Assembly (NCBI RefSeq): GCF_003918875.1
Contig: NW_025767152.1
Location: forward strand, 682,001-746,000
Length of the DNA stretch: 64,000 nt
From: Haliotis rubra
Lineage: Eukaryota
Direction: 5' to 3'
Below the pieces are notes generated by a model. The model was not told where the DNA came from and ran no database searches. It was given only the letters and a program-made list of their open reading frames with translations. Position numbers and translations under genes: made by a program. Below, piece by piece: positions 38,801 to 49,800 of this stretch. How positions within the stretch are numbered: position 1 is the first letter of the stretch; each line of letters opens with the position of its first letter.

Positions 38801-40650
38801 TACCATGTTTATACTTAGATTACCATGTTTATAATTACTACCATGCTTATTTTGATTATCAAAATTTGCCCAAATGAACTTGCTATTCAGAATATACGGT
38901 AGGAATGATTATCTTGTGAAGGGGCCTGTGAAAACATTCGGATACTGCTTGGAGCATCAAAAATTTTGTATTTTATATCAGTTTTAACAAATGCAAGGGG
39001 CCAACTATGCTGTTGTTAATGTTAATCTGCTGTTTGTCACAACATACCATGTTATCTGCGGTTTGTTGAAACATACTTCATATATATTTCTAATCATTTG
39101 GTTGTAGTCACTGTTAATATAATCATGGTGGTGTATGAATCTACATCGAAACGTCGCTCAATGCAATAAACAAGAAGTTGTCATCAATAAAGTTGTTTTC
39201 TTCTATTTTGACTCACCAACTTCTAAAATGTCGATCGAACAAGGAGCCAATTATCGCTACAGTAAGCTGTGCCCATAAACAGCACCCTTCTTTTATCCCC
39301 CACCCCAGAATTTGCCTCACTAACAAAGTAGATAGGAAGGCATTTCCTACTCTTGCGGTACTTACGGATATCGGCTGAAAAAATAACACAAACAATTCTT
39401 ATCGTATTCATGCTTGTTGTTTTTAAACGAAGGGCCTTCTCCCCTAACATCTACATCTATCAGCTGCCAGATCCATCAGGTGAACTACCACTTGTGAGCC
39501 CGGTGATAAACAATGCCATCGGCCATTGACGAAACGAGGCTTCTCCCATTCTCGTTGGTATTACCAGGAATTAATGTTATTAAGTGTATGTATGAGCAAT
39601 CCTACGGAAAGGGGAAAAGTAATGATATGTCCAAGATGGTATAAACTCCCCAATTTTAGGTGACACTGCAAGATTTTTATCACTCACAGACTTGGGCCAC
39701 GTCCTAGTTACCAGTCAGTGATGTAAACAACCGCTAAAATTAATGGGTGCATCGGCGATTTAGGCAGAAAGCGTGTTTACTCTTGAGAATAGGAAACCCC
39801 ACGAGAATAGGGAGACGGCCCTATAAATACAGACAAAAGATATTTACATTTTCTCCTGGTCCCATGAAGAAGTTGCCTCTGGAGGAAGATGTCTGGTTAC
39901 AAGCAGATGCAAGGACAAGCGTTGAGCTTTCTTCTCAGCTGAACAAACATACAATAAACATGGAGGACATACCTAGGATGTATGTGGTGAGAGGAATCAT
40001 CCGTAACCATGGCAACATTTGGGACGGATCATATTTGGGGACTAATGTGCAATATGAGGGATCAGAGTTGCACAAACATTTTGCATTTAAGGTTTGTCCA
40101 TTGAGGAATTTGTCAAGGCTTCAAAATCAAGATCCCTTGATAACCTTAAACTCTGACGTGTCTTTTGGATGCATATTTCAAGTACTCAAACACCACAACT
40201 TCATTACATAGATCAGAAATTGTACAAAAGATAATTCTGAAATTTCAAAAACCTGGTACGTCATTGAATGTTAAAATCTTGAACGTGATGTGATAATTCA
40301 TTTCATCTGACTGAGTATAGTTCTATTACTTCTAACATGCATATGTTTATTGCCATCAGTTTGTAAAATCACTATCATTTGGAACTATATACCATGTTTT
40401 TCCCATGCAAAATTACTCTTGTGATAAGCTGTTTACTGTTTATATGAGTAGCAGTCAACGATCAGAACATTGCATACCAAAGATTGTTGCCCGACTAGCA
40501 GTGACAATCCTATTTGTTGCATGAAATGAAACGCAGCGACAGTCAGTCCCATTTCGGCATCTGATCAATCTGTTTTCCTTAAAAATATCCTTCCACATAC
40601 TCACTTTTGAAAGCATCACACGTTTGAAGATCTGCCTCCTCCTCTTCCAT
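27302..40650 (-). CDS. LRRC46: Leucine-rich repeat-containing protein 46-like (7 exons, 795 nt, 264 aa)
   Basis: Exons 40650-40605, 39938-39848, 35977-35866, 34607-34451, 32048-31979, 27819-27659, 27459-27302 join in frame (phases 1,2,0,1,2,1). Sequence includes THVRLDRENI, SDS22-type LRRs, LRRcap DEFPQSLILLNLSGNPC..YR..L..LD and an acidic tail, as recalled for LRRC46. Confidence 0.88.
27659..27819 (-). CDS. LRRC46: LRRC46-like exon 6
   Basis: GCIIQDLHNLQQLDNVD..EEESDETEEE; CTCCAG| and G|GTAAGT. Confidence 0.88.
28571..28803 (+). mobile_element. SINE-like family C, full length
   Basis: GACCCGTGAAGATCCGGGTTAGAATTGG..GCTGGAATATTGCTGAGTGCGGCGTTAAACAACA. Confidence 0.88.
28854..29093. mobile_element. 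240-bp MITE with 5-bp TSD (inverted sibling of 32099-32339)
   Basis: CAGGGGTGGAAATAAC..GTTATTTGCACCTCTG; TSD AGCAG. Confidence 0.88.
29425..31598. repeat. 38-40 bp minisatellite, ~55 copies, expanded inside a SINE-like repeat
   Basis: Unit GCTAGAAGGTTATAGTCACATGATTTATCCCACAGGGTA(GC); both flanks match the repeat at 36540-36680. Confidence 0.95.
31979..32048 (-). CDS. LRRC46: LRRC46-like exon 5 (DEFPQSLILLNLSGNPCTQMPDYR)
   Basis: TTCCAG| and CG|GTGAGA; 70 nt, phase 1 to 2. Confidence 0.92.
32099..32339. mobile_element. 241-bp MITE with 5-bp TSD
   Basis: Perfect 16-bp TIR CAGGGGTGGAAATAAC; TSD AAATG. Confidence 0.92.
32362..32788 (-). mobile_element. Two family C SINE-like copies (32362-32512 partial, 32543-32788 full)
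   Basis: Match to family C consensus. Confidence 0.85.
33157..33493 (-). mobile_element. tRNA-derived SINE, family A
   Basis: Reverse complement of 3772-4100, with (CACCT)n tail. Confidence 0.87.
34451..34607 (-). CDS. LRRC46: LRRC46-like exon 4 (LRRs)
   Basis: NRITRISNLDCLKNLQFLTLAGNLLQKVENLSKLSKLLFLDLSDNRIAQFDI; TTCCAG| and G|GTAAGG. Confidence 0.94.
34845..35490. repeat. Degenerate ~18-bp minisatellite
   Basis: Unit ~ATGATGTCACTGTGTCT. Confidence 0.9.
35866..35977 (-). CDS. LRRC46: LRRC46-like exon 3
   Basis: LTALCEITHVRLDRENISHIDSLELLSDKVTNVYLQQ; CAG|GTGAGT donor directly followed by a (GT)n microsatellite (35815-35860). Confidence 0.92.
36082..36197. mobile_element. Palindromic MITE with CTG TSD (PIF/Harbinger-like)
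   Basis: GGCCTCCTTTCACAAAG..CTTCATGAAAGGAGCCC flanked by CTG; related to 40904-41010. Confidence 0.7.
36540..36680 (-). mobile_element. SINE-like fragment, unexpanded sibling of the element hosting the 29.4-31.6 kb minisatellite
   Basis: GATAACCCAAGCTGCCTGATAG..TTATCCCACCAGG..CCATTTTCTGCTGGGTGAACAGAGGCAATT..GAACAAACT. Confidence 0.65.
38385..38860. repeat. Degenerate ~20-bp tandem repeat
   Basis: Unit GATTACCATGTTTATA(A/C)TTA, near-perfect over 38720-38840. Confidence 0.85.
39848..39938 (-). CDS. LRRC46: LRRC46-like exon 2
   Basis: EKKAQRLSLHLLVTRHLPPEATSSWDQEK; GTTCAG| and AT|GTAAAT, phase 1 to 2. Confidence 0.82.
40003..40016. promoter_or_regulatory. Candidate RFX X-box in LRRC46 intron 1
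   Basis: GTAACCATGGCAAC fits GTNRCC(N0-3)RGYAAC. Confidence 0.5.
40605..40650 (-). CDS. LRRC46: LRRC46-like exon 1 (MEEEEADLQTCDAFK)
   Basis: ATCATGG start context, A|GTGAGT donor phase 1, GC-richer promoter-like DNA at 40750-40900. Confidence 0.75.
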
Positions 40651-40903
40651 GATCAGGTTATCGATCACTCTGTTACATCAGTCTCCTGTACTGGGTCGTT
40701 GCATCTGTCGGAGTGATTGTTTTGTTTATCGACTCGACAACAAACTAGAGTGCTCTCCCTTCGGTGAGCACCGAGCTCCTTCCCGCATAAGCTGGTTCCC
40801 GGCTCCCTTTGCGCGCGCCACCTTGCGCCAAAGCTAGGAGCCGGTACAGGCCGCCGTCACATCTGGATTGGTCAAGCTGGTCAAGTTGTGCATTGACGCC
40901 CTG

Positions 40904-41010
40904 GGCCCCGTTTCTCTAAGCGATCGTAGCGCTACGACTGTCGTAAGTCGATGTAAAAGTATGGGAGTTACGATCACCTTAGCGCTACGATCGCTTTGAG
41001 GAACGGGACC
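40904..41010. mobile_element. Palindromic MITE with CTG TSD just upstream of LRRC46
   Basis: ~31-bp imperfect TIR GG(C/T)CCCGTT(T/C)CTC(T/A)AAGCGATCGTAGCGCTA. Confidence 0.8.
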
Positions 41011-41461
41011 CTGCTGAAAGATCTGGGAATCATTAGGTTTGAAAAGTGAAGGTTGAGCTAGAATTGCTCTTGCGTGGTCCTGGATCTGCGTACAGAAATG
41101 TAGAATATAAAATTTCCTATCCGTTGGTATAAATATAAGTGCAAATACCTCGGCGGTTTGAGAAATAAACACAGCTAAATACTGTCAAATTTTGTTATGC
41201 GTTAAAAAACAGTAAGGGTCTCCGGTTTTTACCATGCACCGATAACCACTGTGCTGCGACTTTTTTTAATTTGGCCTCTTTATGGAAAGTGAAAAGTCTG
41301 ATATCTGAACGACATAAGTATATAAGAAATGGGTTTGTGTGCTTATGCATAACGTTTCATAAATAAATAGACTCAACCTTAAAAATGACTCGCAATAAAT
41401 GTCTAAAATGGATTTTGTTCTATGACGTCAAACGACGACAGAGTGGCCATACACGTATATA

Positions 41462-41668
41462 CCGTATTTCCTCTATAAAGCGCCGGCGCTCTAATAACCG
41501 GGGATAAAGCAGTGCTTTAAGAAATAAGCGCCGGGACTCTAATAAGCGCCGGGTATAGACCTTTGCAATTCTTCGCAAATGTATTCTCCCTTGGTCTTAA
41601 AATAAATATATTAAGGAATGGTCCTTTAAATCATAACTTCATGTACTCGTCCCCGCTTTTAAATACGG
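41462..41668. mobile_element. Tc1/mariner-pogo type MITE
   Basis: TA|CCGTATTT..AAATACGG|TA; internal ATAAGCGCCGG repeats. Confidence 0.75.
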
Positions 41669-43235
41669 TATACAGATAAAGGGGCATAACTCCTATATGC
41701 TTAACACCAGTTCAGTGTAACTCAGGACACTTGGATAGAATTTGTTGTGGATATGGACGCTATATTTTCGTTATGGTTTGTTAACCCTGAACTAAACTAT
41801 TCCAATACAAAGTTCCCCAATGTGAGTGGATACGTTTTGGTAGTTTCACAATTTATAAGAAAGATGACAACACACTACATGAAAAAAGAACCAAATAGCG
41901 ACTTGGATGGCCCTATCCGATATGTAAATTACTTCTTAGATTCCCATATTCTCCTGTTTGTGTAGATGTATTTTGACTAATTTTGCATCATTAGTAACAG
42001 AGTACTAGTCATATCTTCAAATTTAATGAAATTGCTGAAAATAATACAACCACTGGATGCGGAAGTATTTTGTGACGCACAGTTTCACATTATCTTAAAA
42101 GTGAACGTTGTATTGGATCTACGCTCCGACATTTTTGCACAAGGGCATTGTGCTGGAAAAAGTTGGTGTTGAGGCTAAGCAGCCAAACTCTGAGTAAATT
42201 TAGATCTGCTGACACTAGTCTAAAGGTACGAGATTTTGTATACAGCACTAGCTTATAATAAGTATGTTCAAAACAAACTAATTATCCAACGTTCATAAAT
42301 CTAAATGCTACACAGTCTAAGAACTGAATTGTGATGATTTGTTTACATTTTACACAAGTACAGTTTGCACCGCCTTCGTTTCCACACCTTATCTTTATTC
42401 CTCGATTTCATATAACCACTTCGTACTGATGACAAGACCTTATTGCTTAAAAAATCTAACCATGTTGATTGATGAACAAAGAGTTTGCCGCGGTGTTGAT
42501 GCGTCGCGTGTTGCTGTAATAACGTGTCTACAGGAAAAATTCAGCATTTTCTCAGTTGATAATTCAATTCTTATATATCGCCACAAAATATTATCTATTC
42601 ATTTTCCGACTTACTACTGATTTTGTGCCAATGTTGGCGCACCAACCTGCTCTAAAACACACCTTTCTCACGTCATCCGCGAGGAAAGTTTGGAATATTT
42701 GCAACACGAGATTTAATTTGTATGCGTGGCTCGACCGATGTCCATATGTAAAAATTACATGCATATTTTTCATACAACAGAGATGATTTTATTCGCTCAC
42801 AGTTTTCTGACAAACTTATAATAAAAATCTTTATCGTGTAGGGAAATTAGGGTGTGTATTTGAAAAGCGTCGATCCTTTCACGCAAATAAAACGAATATT
42901 TACGTTTACTATTATTTCTCGTCAATATTGATATCAAATACGCAATATAACAGAAAGTAAAAATTTTGATCAAGAATTTTCCAAGATATTTTTATTTTCA
43001 ATGGTCTTTCCAGCGCCTGCATGACAGCGATTTTTTTAAAAACGATACAAAATGTGGTTTGGCCGTCGGAGACAGCGCAGCCGTTTAAAAATAGCAACCA
43101 GTGGAAAATGACATAACATTGTCAATGTTGGTTTTTCGTAGGCCTTCATAGCCATCGTCTTTTTAACCTGTACCGGCTCGTGTATTGCGATATGTGAGAC
43201 GGGGCCCAGCTGGTTCCCGTTCGTTGAGGTAAGAG

Positions 43236-43690
43236 CTGGCCTCAGACCACAATTATTTTCCTTCTTTGCTATCTACAGTGACATGCCAGTGCACCATAAT
43301 TAATATCGGTCGTAGGCTGTTCTCCTGTTGCATGCTGACCAACCTGCCACTTGTCACTTAATCGGCAAAATATGAGCCTGGGTCGACCATGTCGATTTTG
43401 CTGTATCCACTGTAAACAATGGTCACCGGAAGTTTCGAGCCGAAACACACCAGACAGCCTTGAACTTGGGGTCAAATCAAGGAAGGCTGGTGTCAATACC
43501 ATGAGTAGATTGTGGACCAAAAAAATGTTGCAATAAAGTACAATGTCTTACCTTTCATTTAAGCTATCACAAGTCACCCTGAAAAAATCAGCACAAGCAG
43601 AACAGCCCATTTAAACAAGGCACTATATTCTCATATTTTACTTCCGGGTCATGGTAAAAGTTAAGGGGGGTAACTGTGGTCTGAGGCCAG
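43236..43690. mobile_element. Element bounded by ~20-bp inverted repeats, family unknown
   Basis: CTGGCCTCAGACCACAATTA vs TAACTGTGGTCTGAGGCCAG; no clear TSD. Confidence 0.5.
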
Positions 43691-43965
43691 TTGCGTCACA
43701 GAGCGGGATTGACGATGCGTAAAGAGAACCGGGAACCATCTTACCTAAGCAAGCTGGGCTACCGTCTCTCACATTGCAAGTTGGCGACGTGCATAGATCA
43801 GCTCGAACGTTTGACGCCTTCGTGACGCCCGGATCTCTGAGTTTAGGCGTCATGGGGTGACCAGACAAATTGCCTGAACTCAATCTTTATAGAACTTTTG
43901 AAAGAGATACGTCTTTAGGCAGCTTTTATAGATTGTCAGTTGTGAACGCGAGAGGGGGCGAACGT

Positions 43966-44072
43966 GGTACTGAAATCGAACAAGCTCCTGCACCTAATTC
44001 TATATTTGTGTATTTTATCAGGGAGAATAGAAGAATAGAATATGGTGTAGGAGCTTGTTCGATGTTGGTACC
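43966..44072. repeat. Short hairpin / mini-MITE
   Basis: GGTAC..ATCGAACAAGCTCCTGCACC..ATTCTAT paired with ATAGAAT..GGTGTAGGAGCTTGTTCGAT..GTACC. Confidence 0.65.
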
Positions 44073-44443
44073 CCTTTCGGGTATTCTAACCTGTAAGTTA
44101 ACATGGTTTTAAGCATAGAGTGACACGTGAAGTTTCTTTTTCTGTTTAGTATAGAACAGTTTTGTTGTTTTGCATAAGTTTTGTTACGATTCAGCAGAGG
44201 TAGTTAAGTTACTGTAGTTACTATGAGGGAAGACTGAATCGGAAGCATGGGGCGGTATTGTAAAAAAGTCAAAGTGACTAAACGTTTTGTTGTCGCGTCA
44301 TTAGCATGATTCCGTCCAGTTAATGGCTGCAATTGTGCTCCAACAATCGGAAGCATGGTCTGTGCAACATCTGTCAACATCAGTCACTTGTTCAAGGTAA
44401 GTGTCATACCCGACAGGGGCGTATACAGATTTTTGAGGAATAG

Positions 44444-44506
44444 GTGTGTGTGTGTGTGTGTGTGTGCGTGTGCGTGTGCGTGTGCGTGTGCGCGTGCGCG
44501 CACACA
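44444..44506. repeat. (GT)n/(GTGTGC)n microsatellite
   Basis: Visible directly. Confidence 0.95.
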
Positions 44507-44706
44507 CTCTTGAGAAAAAGGGGTGGTGGGTGCACACGGCATTTTCACCCGTTTTTACGGGTCATATAATAAACTCTCAGGACACAAAAAAGGGGGGGGG
44601 GGGGAATTGGCGACTTGTGCCCCTCTGTAATTACATATTACATATTAACATCATCTGTAATTACATATTACATATTAACATCAGTGCTACTTCAATCAAG
44701 AACACA

Positions 44707-44925
44707 CCCGTGAAGATCCGGATCAGAATTGGTCTTCAGCAACCCATTCTTGTAGTTAAAGGGAACTTACCGTATCGGATGGTCAGGTTCGCTGACACAT
44801 GTTATCGTATCCCAACTGACCGATGCTCATGATGTTCATCACTGGATTGCCTGGTCTCGATTATTTACAGACCTCCGCCATGTAGCTGGAATATTGCTTT
44901 GTGCGGCGTTAAACAACAAACCAAC
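44707..44925 (+). mobile_element. SINE-like family C (diverged)
   Basis: CCCGTGAAGATCCGG..AGAATTGGTCTTCAGC..GCTGGAATATTGCT..GCGGCGTTAAAC. Confidence 0.82.
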
Positions 44926-45256
44926 CGACCTTACTTCCAGCAGTACTTAACATTACTGAAACACTCGAAAATTAGATTATAACCTGGTTTAAACAATAAT
45001 AATGATGATTTGTTGAAAACACATCCTAATGTAATTATTACAGGCTGTCCACCTTACAATCATGTCCAAATGTATATTTCTTACACACACACACACACAC
45101 ACTCACTCACACAAACAAACAAACAAACCACACAAATAAACATACAAACGAAAGTGCGAATGATAAATTTCAGACATTGAACGTACAGATGAGAAATATA
45201 AAGCTCCAGTCTTATCGCATGATTACGAAATAATAAGTTTAGTCAGAGTTAACAAA

Positions 45257-45262
45257 TTTATT
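45257..45262 (-). terminator. Candidate polyadenylation signal of the STAND-ankyrin gene
   Basis: AATAAA on the minus strand after a U-rich tract, ~1.55 kb past the stop. Confidence 0.4.
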
Positions 45263-46818
45263 GATACATGAGACAAAGGTACAAATATATATGCAAAGTA
45301 ACAATAACGGTGAAAATATACAAAAGATCACTTCCATAGTGAAAAGCAAGAAACAAAATCTAGATAATTAATCCAGATACTTACACAGGAATATCTTTCT
45401 TGTGTGTAGTAAGTGAAATTGATACGTCAATATTAAATAACAATAAGTCAAGTTGGTTCTATTCTGCAAAGATCACAATTAACATGAATTCAATTCTACA
45501 CAAATGTTGGTGGAAATACATACATATGGTAATACAATATTCTCATCAACACATAGATCAATATCACATTCAATATTTATAAAATACGAGCAGTACAACA
45601 CTAGCAACCAAAACCTTACCATAGATCATAGGAACTTAAAGTTCTTCAGCTTCCAGCATAAATCTAGGACTTTGGCCATAAGTTTAGTACCTGGCAGTTG
45701 TAGCCAATACTAGCAATTAATACAAAATTTATGATATACCCTTCATTGTCATCATGTAAAATAAACAAAGAAACAAATAAGCGATAATATATTAATAATA
45801 AGAATAATAATACAGAATCACCAAAAGGCATAAACTGTACATACGTTTGAATGGACCTTCTCGGGTATTTACAAAGTTTATTGATGTAATGTTTGTCACC
45901 ATAGTCAAAAGAAATAGACTCAGATGGTGCAGGTGGAATGTTGCCGAATAAACGACACAGGTTATCGTCCTTTCATTCCGATACTAGTAGAGTAGCGAAT
46001 CACATATGCAAATGGAAATCCAGACCATATTATTTATGAACTGGGATTGCTGATTTTGAGGGTGTGGGTTCGAATCCCAAATCTGTACTTTACTGAGAAA
46101 GTGTAATCCCAAATATAACATATGTATCATTTTGTGAATGTTTACCGAAAAGCGTAGATACAGATATTGACTCACGCAAGACTAACACTTATGACACTTG
46201 ATGGACTACCAACGGAGGAATACCCCCAGTGGCCTAATGTAAATCTTCATTAAACAGTATTTGTGAAACATTACAATATTAGTGTCGGATAAAAGTGAGA
46301 AGAACCAAGCAGCTTACAAACTTTCTCCGAGGTCAGGGTTGGACGTAGTGCCTACGGAAGGGGTTGGTATTAAATACTTCTAGTCAGGTTTTGGGTCGAA
46401 AACTCTGTTAATAAAATTTAATTCATCCAATGTTAATATTTAACAGTGCCATAAAGGTTATTTTTTTATACCACCTGTCTCAGTTGGAAAAATACCAAAA
46501 CTCCTAGAATAATCAAATAATGAACACATTCTCTGGTGACATTTCTACTTAAAAACAGTAACGTAGCAAATAGCAAAAAATAAGCAATTGGTATGATTTG
46601 TAACACACATGCACTATTTTAACTTTAAATCTCTGTAGTTACACTGAAACACAAAATATTGATTTATCAACTTTCGTAGTAGCACAGATATGTATTCTCT
46701 TCAGGAGTCATCATAACATGTTATATACATGCTTGTGCAGTGCCAGTTATATATCAGTCATACACCTGTTCAGACACCATGTTCACAACGTTCAGTCTTC
46801 AGTCCGGGGCAACTATCA

Positions 46819-49800
46819 TCATGATGAAGAGGACCTAAGAAGATTCACAATGGCTTTGTTGAGCCATTTTTCTGCAAAAGAGACATACTTCTCTAATCCC
46901 CGTTGACCCTGGCCGAATTGTTTCAAGGAAAGGAGGTGTTTCACTATAGACATGTTACCTCCCCAACAAGCCAACATCAAGCAGTCACTGTTGCCTGTAT
47001 CAGTTAGTGACAGATCAGCTCCCTCCGACACAAGAAGATTGTATACATCATATTGTCCCCTTGAAGCTGCCATCATAACTGCTGACTGACCATCAGCTCC
47101 CCCTTGCCTGTTGATGTCAAATGTTTCCAAGGAAAGGAGGTGTTTCACTATAGACATGTTACCTCCGCAACATGCCAATTTCAAGCAGTCACTGTTGTCT
47201 TTATCAGTCAGTGACAGATCAGCTCCCTCCGACACAAGAAGATTGTATACATCATAGTCTCCTCTTGAAGCTGCCATCATAACTGCTGATTGATGCAAAA
47301 TCGCCCCTTGCAAGTTGATGTTAAATATTGCCAAGGAAAGGAGGTGTTTCACTATAGACATGTTACCTCCCCAACATGCACACATCAAGCAGTCACTGTT
47401 GAATTTATCAGTCAGTGACAGATCAGCTCCCTCCGACACAAGAAGATTGTATAAATCATAGTGTCCTCTTGAAGCTGCCATCATAACTGCTGATTGATGG
47501 AAACTCCCCCCTTGACTGTTGATGTCAACTGTTTCCAAAGAAAGGAGGTGTCTCACTAACAACATGTTACCTCCCTCACATGCCAACATCAAGCAGTCAC
47601 TGTTGTCTTTATCAGTCAGTGACAGATCAGCTCCCTCCGACACAAGAAGATTGTATACATCATAGTGTCCTCTTTCAGCTGCCATCATAACTGCTGATTG
47701 ATGCAAACTCCCCCCTTGCCTGTTGATGTCAAATGTTTCCAAGGAAAGGAGGTGTTTCACTATAGACATGTTACCCCCCTCACATGCCAACATCAAGCAG
47801 TCACTGTTGTATTTATCAGTCAGTGACAGATCAGCTCCCTCCGACACAAGAAGATTGTATACATCATAGTGTCCTCTTGAAGCTGCCATCATAACTGCTG
47901 ATTGATGCCAAACCTCCTCTTGCCTGTTGATGTTAAATGTTTCCAAGGAAAGGAGGTGTTTCACTATAGACATGTTACCTCCGCAACATGCCATTATCAA
48001 GCAGTCACTGTTGAATTTATCAGTCAGTGACAGATCAGCTCCCTCCGACACAAGAAGATTGTATACATCATAGTGTCCTCTTTCAGCTGCCATCCTAACT
48101 GCTGATTGATGCAAACTCCCCCCTTGCCTGTTGATGTCAAATGTTGCCAAGGAAAGGAGGTGTTTCACTATAGACATGTTACCTCCGCAACATGCCAATT
48201 TCAAGCAGTCACTGTTGTCTTTATCAGTCAGTGACAGATCAGCTCCCTCCGACACAAGAAGATTGTATACATCATAGTGTCCCCTTGAAGCTGCCATCAT
48301 AACTGCTGATTGATGCAAAATCCCCCCTTGCCTGTTGATGTTAAATGTTGCCAAGGAAAGGAGGTGTTTCACTATAGACATGTTACCTCCCTCACATGCC
48401 AACATCAAACAGTCACTGTTGTATTTATCAGTCAGTGACAGATCAGCTCCCTCCGACACAAGAAGATTGTATACATCATAGTGTCCTCTTGAAGCTGCCA
48501 ACATCAGTGCTGTTTGTTTCATCAATCCTCCTTGCATGTCAAGATTAAAGGCTTCACACGTCAACAAATATGTTACAACTGATACATGACCATTGATACA
48601 ACCTATTCGAAAAGTGTTCATCCTGTCATACTTAGTCGTGTTAGTTAAATCTGCTTTGTGCGAGACAAGAAGTTTGAGGATTTCCACCTGCCCTGATTTA
48701 GCACATAAAATTGCAGGAGTATTTCCATCTTCGTCACCAACATTGATCAGATGTTGAAACTGTTTAAGGAGAACGTTTACTATATCTTTGCTTCCTGATT
48801 TACATGAAAAATGAAGACAATTGCAATGTCGATTGTCTGTCGCTGAAACATCAGCTCCCTCTTTCAGTAGGAAGTTGAACACATCCAGCTGTCCTGCCTC
48901 AGCAGCAACCATCAGCAGTGTTTGTGGTCTTTTGTCCTCCTGTCAACATCAAAACTGTCTAGCTGTTTGAGTGCAGCAGCAGTACGCTGAAGATACAGTA
49001 GATTGCCACTCTGTATACAGCCTATGATACTATCGTAGAAGTCACTGACAATAGAAGTTGAAAGGTCTGTCTCTTTACACATCAGTGACACCGAGTGTTC
49101 AAACAGTGAATGGTTAGATGAAACTGAGACCCAATACAGAAAGCATTCACCGGATTTCGTATCTTTTCTGTGAACAATCTCGGGCAGGTCTGGCATAATT
49201 TGTGTCAAGAAGGAGGAGGCTATTTGGACGTTGCTGAATATAGAGTGACCAACTGTCCATCTAAAACACCCTTCTCGGACACCTTGCACCAGTCTGGAGA
49301 TCACTAAAGGATGTAGACTGGAAGTGATGTAGATCATGTTTGTGACATCATCAATGTGGGTTGACTGAAAGCTAGCATCCCTGTTAAGTCTGACTCTTTC
49401 ATATAGCAACTGCAGGGAGCAATGTTCCAGTAACAACACGTCATTGAGATGGCCCAAAGCACAAGCTGCAGCGTCGTGGATGGATGGATGAGAGAAGGAG
49501 GCAACATGATTCTCCACTGTACAGTAGGTGCCGATAAAGTTGCGGATCTCCTTACCGATGTCTGTTCGATTGCAAGACGCTATCTCCTCCTTTACAACCT
49601 GAAACAATGCTGCACATTTTGTCCCCGACTTGAAGGAGACAAGGTCAACTTCCCCACACAGGACGAGGGAGAACGAGGCTGCTGATCTGCTGCTACCTTC
49701 ACGGATAATGGTGTCAAGGTCACCTCTCAGATAGGTCACAGGGTTCTGAAAGAAGTTAGTGATTTTGTGTACCTGGAAGGCTGGGTTGGTACAGTAAAGG

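Noticed and set aside
39747-40211. 154-aa plus-strand ORF
   Set aside because: Antisense to LRRC46 exon 2 and its introns, with no recognisable domain
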